From an uncultured Acidimicrobiia bacterium (lineage in GTDB: Bacteria > Actinomycetota > Acidimicrobiia > Spongiisociales > JAOTWH01): 40,823 nucleotides of DNA. The position numbers and the translations under genes were made by a program. Shown here piece after piece: positions 31,506 to 39,087 of the stretch. The stretch covers positions 1 through 40,823 of the forward strand of contig CAYFYE010000008.1 of the NCBI GenBank assembly GCA_964347285.1, written 5' to 3'. Position 1 is the stretch's first letter; each line of letters begins with the position of its first letter. The notes under the pieces were generated by a model. That model was given only the letters and a program-made list of their open reading frames with translations. It was not told where the DNA came from and searched no databases.

Positions 31506-31904
31506 TCACCATGCCCTGACCCGGGTCGGCCGCACCCGCAGGGCGGCCGGGTAGGCCTGCGAGAACCCTTCGGGCCCGCCCCAGCCTCGCTCCATGCGGG
31601 TGCGGTACTTGGCCACGTACTCGGGTACCTCGGCGGCCGAGGGGGCGGGGGGGACCCGTCGAGCCCGGCCCTCGATGGTGACGATGTCGCCGCCGGTGCC
31701 GTTGCCGTCCAAGTTGATGGAAACGAGAGGGTTGGCGTCGATGTTGACGAGTCGCGGGGTGGGGTCGAGGCTGTAAATGAGGAACTCCTCGCCATCCCAC
31801 CAGAACCACACCGGCGACGTCTGTGGCTGGCCGGTCGCCGACACGGTGGTGAGCCACAGCACGATCGTTTCTTCCAGGCGCTCGGAAACAGCCTCGGAGA
31901 ACAT
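31506..31904 (-). CDS. PPOX-class F420-dependent oxidoreductase (pyridoxamine 5'-phosphate oxidase-like)
   Basis: WLTTV...GQPQTSPVWF, NIDANPLVS, C-terminal PTRVRAW; leaderless start at ATG 31904. Confidence 0.85.
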   Translation of the reverse strand: MFSEAVSERLEETIVLWLTTVSATGQPQTSPVWFWWDGEEFLIYSLDPTPRLVNIDANPLVSINLDGNGTGGDIVTIEGRARRVPPAPSAAEVPEYVAKYRTRMERGWGGPEGFSQAYPAALRVRPTRVRAW

Positions 31905-31951
31905 GGGCACAGGCTAGGTCCCGGTAAGCTCTCGCGCCGGAGAGAGGAGCC

Positions 31952-33169
31952 ATGGACCTCGAGCTTCGATCGATCGCGCCGGAGGAGTACGAGGCGTTTC
32001 ACCATGCCCTGGCCATGGCGTTTGGCTTCGAGGTCCGCCGCGAGGACATCGAGCACTGGGCGTCCCACATGGAGTACGACCGAACCGTATGCGCGTTCGA
32101 GGGCGGCGAATTGGTCGGGGCGTCGGCGACGATCTCCCAGCGATTGGCCGTCCCCGGTGCAATCGTGGCGGCCGGAGGCCTTACCGCCGTGGGGGTACTC
32201 CCCAGCCACCGTCGCCGGGGCGTCTTGACCGAAATGATGCGCCGTCACCTGGCGCAGGTGAAAGAGCGCAGCGAGGTGGTGTCGAACCTGTGGGCCGCCG
32301 AATGGCCGATCTACGGCCGGTTCGGCTACGGCCGGGCTACGGTCTCGGCCGACTTCACGATCGAGATCCGGCACGGGCGCTTCGCCGAACCGCTCGCGGC
32401 GGCGGGGCGGGTGCGCATCATCGATCTCGAGGAGGCTCGGAAGTCTCTCCCGGCAATCTTCGCCAAAGCCTTCGGTAGGCCGGGCATGGTGGAACGCACG
32501 ACCGAGACGTGGGAGGCCGAGCACTTCTGGGACCCGGAACACTCCCGGCATGGGTTCACCAGCGCCCGCTTTGCGGTGTACGAGGAGGAGGGCAATGCCC
32601 TGGGCTACGTCGGCTATCGCACCAAGGAGGATTGGGACGGGCGCAATCCGGCCGGCACCACCCGGGTCGACGAGCTGGTCGCCCAAAGTCCCGAGGCATA
32701 CCAGGCCCTCTGGTCGTTCGTGTTCGGGATCGATCTCACCACGTCGGTCCGAGCCAGCGTGCGCCCGATCGACGAGCCGCTGGTGTGGATGCTCGAGGAT
32801 CCCCGCCGGTTGCGGCGCGAACTTCACGACGGCCTGTGGCTCCGACCGGTCGACATCAGCCGGGCATTGTCGGCTCGCCGCTACCGCACCGAAGGCCGAG
32901 TGGTGCTCGAGGTACGCGACGATTTCCTGCCGGAACTGTCGGGGCGCTATCTGCTGGAGGGGAGTCCCGAGGGCGCGGTGTGCACGGCCACCGATCGAGC
33001 GGCCGACCTCCGCCTGGGAACCGGCGAACTCGGGGCCGTCTACCTGGGAGGGGCCTCGGTGGCGGAGCTGGCCCGGGCCGGCCGGATTCGCGGAGACGAG
33101 CAGGCGGTGCGCCGCGGCGATGCCCTGTTCGGTTGGGACGAACCGCCGTGGTGTCCCGATGTCTTCTGA
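31952..33169 (+). CDS. Eis-family GNAT N-acetyltransferase with C-terminal SCP2-like domain
   Basis: VGVLPSHRRRG, WAAEWPIYGRFGYG, LWLR..D...AL.AR.Y, C-terminal F; SD GAGGAG. Confidence 0.9.
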   Translation: MDLELRSIAPEEYEAFHHALAMAFGFEVRREDIEHWASHMEYDRTVCAFEGGELVGASATISQRLAVPGAIVAAGGLTAVGVLPSHRRRGVLTEMMRRHLAQVKERSEVVSNLWAAEWPIYGRFGYGRATVSADFTIEIRHGRFAEPLAAAGRVRIIDLEEARKSLPAIFAKAFGRPGMVERTTETWEAEHFWDPEHSRHGFTSARFAVYEEEGNALGYVGYRTKEDWDGRNPAGTTRVDELVAQSPEAYQALWSFVFGIDLTTSVRASVRPIDEPLVWMLEDPRRLRRELHDGLWLRPVDISRALSARRYRTEGRVVLEVRDDFLPELSGRYLLEGSPEGAVCTATDRAADLRLGTGELGAVYLGGASVAELARAGRIRGDEQAVRRGDALFGWDEPPWCPDVF

Positions 33170-33285
33170 GGCGCCCGATCGGGCGGGTCTGTCGGCGGTG
33201 GGGCCGGGACGATCGGCCCTGGTCCAGTGCGGAGCAGCGCTTAGCCTGACGTCCGAGACCGTCACAGATTCAAGGAGGCCACCTG

Positions 33286-33849
33286 ATGCGCCGCAACCGT
33301 GCTCGTGGATCCCCTGGAGGCAGAGCCCTGCTGGCCCTAGCCCTCCTTCTCCCGACGGCGTGCGGGGGAGGAGACGACGGTTTGGCGGTCGGTGACCCGG
33401 CACCTTCGTTCGAATTGCCCGAGGCGTCGGGAGGCACCGTCGGGCTGGACGGTTATGCCGCCCGGCCCGTTCTTCTGTATTTCCACATGGCGGATGGGTG
33501 ACCACCGTGCATGCAACAGATCGTGGATCTGGAAAACAATCCTGAATTCCAAGCCCTCGGGGTCGAGTTCGTCAGCATCGCCTTCGACCCGCCCGGGGTG
33601 CTGGCCGGGTCGGGCGCCGAGTTCGGCGTCGGGCCGACGCCGCTGCTGACCGATACGGATGAATCGGTCTCGGAGGCTTACGACGTCCTGCAGTGGGCGG
33701 TAGCCAGCGGCGAGCCCGGGCACACGTTCGTGCTCGTCGACGAGGACGGAAAGGTGGCGTGGATCCGCGACTACGGAGTCGTCGAGGAATCCATGTACGT
33801 CGAGCCGCTCGAGCTCGTCGACCAGATTGCCGCCGGCCTGGCGGGGTGA
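33286..33849 (+). CDS. Predicted selenocysteine-containing peroxiredoxin-like (AhpC/TSA redoxin) lipoprotein, 187 aa, Sec at codon 72 (UGA 33499-33501)
   Basis: Two track ORFs are in frame across TGA-CCA-CCG-TGC (U-P-P-C); GDPAPSFEL, PVLLYF, SIAFD, FVLVDEDGKV redoxin motifs span both halves; SD AAGGAGG; lipobox-like PTAC. Confidence 0.8.
33517..33531 (+). promoter_or_regulatory. Candidate bacterial SECIS element
   Basis: CAGATC-GTG-GATCTG perfect hairpin; G(U)-starting loop begins 22 nt after the UGA. Confidence 0.6.
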
Positions 33850-33907
33850 CCGCAATCGCGTTCTGTGCACAGCCGGGAGTCCGGGGCCGTACCCGGCGGC
33901 CGATCGG

Positions 33908-34669
33908 TCACAGTACGACGATCGACAGCAGCCCGAACGCCAGGCAATACACGCCGAAGGCGGTCAGGCCAGTGCGCTGTAACAGGCGCAGCAGCACCGC
34001 GATGGCGGCGTAGCCAGAAGCTGCGGCCACCGCCACTCCCAACCACAGCGAGGCGGTGAGACCGCCCTGGCCGGCCAGCTCGATCCCCTGGCTGAGACCG
34101 GTGCCGAAGATCACCGGGACCGCCATGAGGAAGGACAGCCGAGCCGCTTCCGGCCTGGCCAGACCCCTCCCCAGTCCGGCCACAATCGTGACTCCCGAGC
34201 GTGAGATCCCCGGGACCAGGGCGGTGGCCTGGGCGACACCGACGACGGTGGCATCGGTGGGATTGGCGTCGGCGACCGTTCGCTGCCGGCGCCGGATGAG
34301 TTCGGAGAGCAACAGCACCACACCGGTCACCAGGAGGGCATAGCCGACTCGCGGCGGTTCATCGGACAGCCGGTCGAGGGTCTCCTCCAGGAAGAGCCCG
34401 GCCACGGCGGCGGGGATCGTCGCCAGGATCAGGAGCAATCCGAGCCGGCGGGCCGCCGGGTCGGTGCGAAACCGGGTCAGGCGCGCCAAATCGGTTCGGA
34501 AGTAGACAACCACCGCAGCCAGTGTGCCGAGATGGAGCACGGCCGATGTGGCCAGATCGGGAGGATCGAGCGACAGCAGGGCCGGCACCAGCACCAGGTG
34601 GCCGCTGGAGGAAATAGGAAGGAATTCGGTGAGGCCCTGGACGAGGCCCCATAGTGCTGCGGTCCACAC
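33908..34669 (-). CDS. uppP: Undecaprenyl-diphosphate phosphatase
   Basis: QGLTEFLPISSSGH, PGISRSG, AARLSF. Confidence 0.95.
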   Translation of the reverse strand: MWTAALWGLVQGLTEFLPISSSGHLVLVPALLSLDPPDLATSAVLHLGTLAAVVVYFRTDLARLTRFRTDPAARRLGLLLILATIPAAVAGLFLEETLDRLSDEPPRVGYALLVTGVVLLLSELIRRRQRTVADANPTDATVVGVAQATALVPGISRSGVTIVAGLGRGLARPEAARLSFLMAVPVIFGTGLSQGIELAGQGGLTASLWLGVAVAAASGYAAIAVLLRLLQRTGLTAFGVYCLAFGLLSIVVL

Positions 34670-34681
34670 GGTGGCGGCAGC

Positions 34682-35215
34682 CTAACTGCCGGGTGGGCCG
34701 GCACCGAGCAGGACGATCACTCCGTCCCGGGCCGAGGCGGTGGCCACGCGGGCGGCCAGGTCGCCGGGCACCGCCACCAATCCCGAGGCATCGACGGCCA
34801 ACGGATCCCGGGGGGCGTTGGCGGCGACGATTCCCTCGACCACGGTGCCGGAATCGGTCTCGACCAGCCGCACCGGCGTGCCGATGGGCACCTCTCCGGG
34901 GAGGCGCACCGGGACCGACCACCAGCCGGCCGGGAAGGTCGGGCCGGACGTCACGGTGGAGGGGAGGAGCGGTTCGCCGGCCTGCGAGGCCACCGCCACC
35001 GTGCCCCCGTCGATTTCGGTGTGGGGCAGCAAGCCGGCCGGCACCTTTCGCCAGTCCACCATGTCGTCCGCGAGGGCATCCCCGGCGGCCACGTCCGTCC
35101 GCAGGAAGGGGTGGAGCTCGGTCCGGTCCGGTCGGAGTTCGATCGCCAGGGCCAAAAGCAGCACCGAGGCCGCCGCAGCCCATCGCAGGTAGGGAGGACG
35201 GCGAAACCAGTGCAT
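34682..35215 (-). CDS. SAF-domain protein (Rv0990c-like)
   Basis: N-terminal TM, D..AGD.L and GEPL SAF-like signature; start ATG 35215. Confidence 0.6.
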   Translation of the reverse strand: MHWFRRPPYLRWAAAASVLLLALAIELRPDRTELHPFLRTDVAAGDALADDMVDWRKVPAGLLPHTEIDGGTVAVASQAGEPLLPSTVTSGPTFPAGWWSVPVRLPGEVPIGTPVRLVETDSGTVVEGIVAANAPRDPLAVDASGLVAVPGDLAARVATASARDGVIVLLGAGPPGS

Positions 35216-35269
35216 GGGGGCCACGGTATGGGGGACGGCGGCACGAGGGAAGGGTTCCCTCCTCGGGGG

Positions 35270-35938
35270 TCAAGGCTGCGTGGTGCTCCGTCGGTAGCCG
35301 ATCACGTAGTCCGGTGTTTCGATCCCTGGGGCCAGGCGGGGATCGGGGATGGGTTCCCCGGAGCACAGCCGGAGCGGAATGACCCCGGCCCACACGTCGA
35401 GGTTGTAATCGCCGGCTTCGTCCTCGGGAGGACCGGAGCGGGACTTGATCGAGGCTTCCTCGAGCGGGACCGCCAGCATGAGCGTGGTGCGGAACTCCGA
35501 GTCGCTGGGATGGCGGGCGTCGGCCCAGCGCCCGGGCAGGACCCGTTCGGTGAGTATCTCCATCGAGCGGAGCTTCTCGTCGGGATCGGTGAGGGGAGCG
35601 GCCCGGCCGTAGATGATCACCGAGCGGTAGTTCATCGAGTGGTTGAAGACCGAGCGGGCCAGGACCAGGCCGTCCAACAGCGTGATAGCGATGCACACGT
35701 CAACTCCAGCCGACAGGGTGCGCAACATGGTGCTGGCCGGCGAGCCGTGGAGGAAGAGCCGATCTCCATCCCGGGCGTGGATGGTGGGAATCACCGTAGG
35801 TCCGCCTTCACGCAGGAACCCCACGTGGCAGTAGAGCGCCTCGTCGATGATGGAGTAGGCGGTGGCCCGGTCGTAGCTCGCCCGGTCGTCGTGACGACGA
35901 ACCCGGGTTCGTCCGGTGATCTCGAAGGTTTCGCTCAC
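35270..35938 (-). CDS. Pyridoxamine 5'-phosphate oxidase-like flavin-binding protein (NimA-like)
   Basis: RASYD, CHVGF, LHGS, DGLVLARS.F.HS.NYRS, SIKSR.GPP, WAGV.P; start set at GTG 35938. Confidence 0.88.
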   Translation of the reverse strand: MSETFEITGRTRVRRHDDRASYDRATAYSIIDEALYCHVGFLREGGPTVIPTIHARDGDRLFLHGSPASTMLRTLSAGVDVCIAITLLDGLVLARSVFNHSMNYRSVIIYGRAAPLTDPDEKLRSMEILTERVLPGRWADARHPSDSEFRTTLMLAVPLEEASIKSRSGPPEDEAGDYNLDVWAGVIPLRLCSGEPIPDPRLAPGIETPDYVIGYRRSTTQP

Positions 35939-35954
35939 CGGCGGCCCGACGACC

Positions 35955-36737
35955 TCACCCTTCCCAGTCGGCTCGGGCCGTCGCACAGGGGCATTTCCTC
36001 GGGGTGCGCACCGCCTCCGGGATCAGGGTGCGGAGCACGTCGTGCAGCGTTGCGATTCTCTCCGAGAAGCGCTCGAGCACTTCGGCATGGGTGACCGGAG
36101 CGATCTCTCCCTGCACGCCCACGTCGTAATCGGTGACCACGCCGATGGTGACGTAGCACATCTCCAACTCTCGGGCCAGGGAAGCCTCGGTGGACTGGGT
36201 CATGTTGATCACGTGCCACCCTTGCCCGGCGAAGAACGCGCTTTCGGCACGGGTGGAGAAGCGTGGGCCCTCCACGACCACCACCGTTCCGGTCGGGTGC
36301 ACAGGGATCCCGCTCTGCCGGCACGCGTCGATGGCCAGCTCCCGCAACTCCGGGCAGTAGGGGTCGGCAAACGACAGGTGGCCCACCGGTGACCCTTCGA
36401 CAAAGCTGTTGATGCGCCGGTAGGTGAAGTCGACGAGTTGGTCGCACACGACGAAGTCTCCGGGCGCGAACTCCATGTCGAGGCTGCCCATTGCCGACGG
36501 GCCGATGATGCGCTCGACGCCCAACTCCTGCATTGACCACAGGTTGGCCCGGAAGGGCAGCGAGTGCGGTGGGAACTCGTGGGAGCGGCCGTGCCGTGGA
36601 ATGAAGGCGACCTCGATGTCGCCCACCCGTCCTACGACGGGAGGGGCCGAGGGTTGGCCGTACGGTGTGGCAACGGCGCGCTCCGACCCAGCCTCCACGA
36701 AATCGTAGAAGCCGGTACCGCCGAAGATGCCGATCAC
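35955..36737 (-). CDS. mtnP: S-methyl-5'-thioadenosine phosphorylase
   Basis: GIFGGTG, PRHG, EGPRFSTRAES, NMT, VTDYD. Confidence 0.9.
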   Translation of the reverse strand: MIGIFGGTGFYDFVEAGSERAVATPYGQPSAPPVVGRVGDIEVAFIPRHGRSHEFPPHSLPFRANLWSMQELGVERIIGPSAMGSLDMEFAPGDFVVCDQLVDFTYRRINSFVEGSPVGHLSFADPYCPELRELAIDACRQSGIPVHPTGTVVVVEGPRFSTRAESAFFAGQGWHVINMTQSTEASLARELEMCYVTIGVVTDYDVGVQGEIAPVTHAEVLERFSERIATLHDVLRTLIPEAVRTPRKCPCATARADWEG

Positions 36738-36796
36738 GCTAAGACTCCCGTCTCGACCCGGAGCGGCCGGATGGTAGCCCCTAGACTCGGCCCGGC

Positions 36797-37384
36797 GTGG
36801 AACCGCCGGCTATCGCTGCGTTCATCGTCGGTTACCTCATCGGCAGCCTCGACTTCGGCGTGATCGTGACCCGGCTGGCCGGGATCGACATCTACTCGGT
36901 GGGGAGCGGAAACCCCGGAGCCTCCAATGTGTTGCGCACGGTGGGCAAGGGCGCTGCGGCAGCCACGCTCGCCGGTGACGTGGCCAAGGGTGTGGCGGCG
37001 GCGATGATCGGCGAACTCTGGGTGGGGGAGGCGGCCGGCTTCGCGGCCGGGTTTGCGGCCGTAGCCGGGCACTGCTGGCCGCTGTGGCACGGGTTCAAAG
37101 GGGGAAAGGGGGTGGCCACGGCTGTTGGGGCGGTGCTCTGGCTCGAGCCGTTGCTCGGGCTGGTCCTCATAGTTGGTTGGGCAGCAGTGGTCGCGGTGGG
37201 ACGAATCGCCTCGGTGGCCTCGCTGCTGGTGGCGCTGGTCCTCGTCCCTGCCCTAGCGTTTTTCGGCCATCGAGGGTGGTCGCTCGGCTGGGCGGCGGCG
37301 ATGGCCGTCTTGGTGGTGACTCGACACCACCAAAACATCCGCCGGCTCCTCGCCGGCCGGGAGCGACCGATTCGGCCGGGCTAG
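36797..37384 (+). CDS. plsY: Glycerol-3-phosphate acyltransferase PlsY
   Basis: GYLIGS, GSGNPGASN, FKGGKGVAT, RHHQNIRRL. Confidence 0.95.
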   Translation: MEPPAIAAFIVGYLIGSLDFGVIVTRLAGIDIYSVGSGNPGASNVLRTVGKGAAAATLAGDVAKGVAAAMIGELWVGEAAGFAAGFAAVAGHCWPLWHGFKGGKGVATAVGAVLWLEPLLGLVLIVGWAAVVAVGRIASVASLLVALVLVPALAFFGHRGWSLGWAAAMAVLVVTRHHQNIRRLLAGRERPIRPG

Positions 37385-37411
37385 GCTGGGTTTTCGCGTT
37401 TTTCCGAATAC

Positions 37412-37440
37412 TTGTAAGGCTCAGACCCCATGCCTAACCT
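37412..37440 (+). promoter_or_regulatory. Housekeeping sigma-70-type promoter
   Basis: TTGTAA-N17-TAACCT. Confidence 0.55.
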
Positions 37441-37462
37441 CGCGCCAACAGGAGGAAGCGAC

Positions 37463-37882
37463 ATCGAGATCGTCCTGTTCATCTTGCTGGCAGGTGTTTG
37501 GGCGGCACTTCTGATCCCCTCGTTCATCTCCTCACGGCGAGAAGCGCCGATCAGTTCCACGGAGAGCTTTGCCCGCTCCACGGCTCGCCTGGCCGCGGTT
37601 CGGGCCGCCTCGATCGAGACGGTGGCCAACCGTGAGCGGGTGCGGGCCCGTCGCCGCCGGGTGCTGGTCATGCTTGCGGTGGCAGCGTTGGCGACACTGG
37701 CGGCGGCCATCTGGTCGGGAAGCTGGACGGTGTTGACCATCAACCTCATTGTCGACGCTTCGCTGGCCGCCTACATCGGGCTGCTCCTCCAGGTCAAGGA
37801 GCAAGCCCGGAGGGCGACGCTGGAGGCTCTGCAGGAGGAGACGACGGCCGGCGACACCGAAGTCCGAGTAGTAGCCGGCTAG
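37463..37882 (+). CDS. Short SepX/GlpR-like membrane protein (probable ATC start; alternative ATG 37430)
   Basis: N-terminal TM with W-A-x-x-L-x-P, RARRRR followed by two TMs; synteny with SAF protein, MTAP and tRNA-Ala(CGC); SD AGGAGG 7 nt before ATC. Confidence 0.6.
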   Translation: MEIVLFILLAGVWAALLIPSFISSRREAPISSTESFARSTARLAAVRAASIETVANRERVRARRRRVLVMLAVAALATLAAAIWSGSWTVLTINLIVDASLAAYIGLLLQVKEQARRATLEALQEETTAGDTEVRVVAG

Positions 37883-38511
37883 TGCCGGCTCCCGACCTCG
37901 GTCGTCTCGAAGAAGCGGCCCGCAGCGCCCTCGAAGCGAAGTTCGCCGCTCGTGAAGTGGGCCTGGCTGCGTCGCGCCGCGTGATCCGGGCTTCCGCCAA
38001 CGCCATTCGAGCACTCCATCGCAATGAGTACGACCGGGCCGAGGCCAAGCTGGCCGAGGCCGAGGAGTCGTTGGCCGAGGCGACGTCTGCGCTGGCCGAC
38101 CACACCGACATCCTCCACGCCGGGTTCGTATCCGACGCCGCCAAGGAATTCGCCGAGGCCCGACTCACCGCAGCGCTCTTTGCAGGCACCGCACTTCCCC
38201 TGCCCGAAGAAATCGGCGTCGGCGTCGCTCCCTATCTGAACGGTCTGGGCGAGGCGGTGGGTGAGCTGCGGCGGCGGTTGCTCGACCGGCTTCGATCGGG
38301 GGAGGCGGCGGCCGCCGAAGAGGCATTCGCGTCCATGGAGGCCATCCAAGAGGTCCTCGAGACGATGGATTATCCCGATGCCATGACCGGCGGATTGCGG
38401 CGCACCACCGACGTGGCCCGCAGTCTGATCGAGCGGAGCCGGGCCGATCTCACCACCACCCTGGTGCAGGAGAGGCTGGGCGAGCAGCTGCGGAGGGCCG
38501 GGGGGACCTGA
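37882..38511 (+). CDS. Translin/TRAX (C3PO)-family protein
   Basis: All-helical; RE...SR.VIR.S..AI..LH, KEFAEA and YLNGLGEAVGELRR, LRR..D motifs; 1-nt TAG/GTG overlap with upstream gene. Confidence 0.85.
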   Translation: MPAPDLGRLEEAARSALEAKFAAREVGLAASRRVIRASANAIRALHRNEYDRAEAKLAEAEESLAEATSALADHTDILHAGFVSDAAKEFAEARLTAALFAGTALPLPEEIGVGVAPYLNGLGEAVGELRRRLLDRLRSGEAAAAEEAFASMEAIQEVLETMDYPDAMTGGLRRTTDVARSLIERSRADLTTTLVQERLGEQLRRAGGT

Positions 38512-38542
38512 GGGGCCGCCGCTACACTCGGCCCGTCATCCT

Positions 38543-38616
38543 GGGGGTGTAGCTCAGTCCGGCAGAGCGCTTCCCTCGCACGGAAGAGGCCACGGGTTCA
38601 AATCCCGTCACCTCCA
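38543..38616 (+). tRNA. tRNA-Ala (anticodon CGC)
   Basis: GGGGGTG/CACCTCC acceptor stem with G3:U70, CTTCC-CTCGCAC-GGAAG arm, GGTTCAAATCC; TACACT -10 at 38523. Confidence 0.95.
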
Positions 38617-38621
38617 CGCAT

Positions 38622-38651
38622 AGAAGCCCCTGCTCTCTAGCGGGGTTTTCT
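38622..38651 (+). terminator. Intrinsic terminator after tRNA-Ala
   Basis: CCCTGCT/AGCGGGG stem followed by TTTTCT. Confidence 0.65.
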
Positions 38652-38936
38652 ATGGTCTCGGGAGAGATCGCGACGATCAGCCTTTCGTCAGGAGTCCGCG
38701 AGGAACCCGCGGCAGAGTCGTGCCAGGCCGTGTCAAGCGCGTCGGCGGCGGCTTCGTCAAGGCCATCGAACAAGTGACCGTAGACGTCGAGTGTGGTGCG
38801 GATAGAGGCATGCCCAAGCCGCTCCTTGATGACAGACGGGTGCACGCCTCTGGCGATGAGCAGGGCCGCGTGAGAATGGCGAAGGTCGTGGAAACGGCAC
38901 GGTTCGCCGATCGAGGCTCGCACAGCGGGGAGCCAA
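38640..38936 (-). pseudogene. Tyrosine recombinase (phage/ICE integrase) C-terminal remnant
   Basis: FHDLRH...LGHASIRTTLDVYGH catalytic box II present; no recognisable N-terminal or box I region; abuts tRNA 3' end; boundaries approximate. Confidence 0.8.
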
Positions 38937-39087
38937 GCGGTGGATCTCCGACCAGGCCCCCACATCATCACCCTGCCGGTTCTGCGCTCGTCTAGCTGTC
39001 GTGCTCTCGTCAACGATTGCGCGTCGCCGGATGGTCGTCGTGGGGAGGGATGTCCTCGAAGGACGAGTGCCGGTCGACTGCCAGCGT

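Noticed and set aside
31028..33505. 825-aa minus-strand ORF
   Set aside because: Mostly the antisense shadow of the Eis-like and redoxin genes plus an off-frame overlap of the PPOX gene; only the final 139 aa (thioredoxin, own SD and ATG) look real
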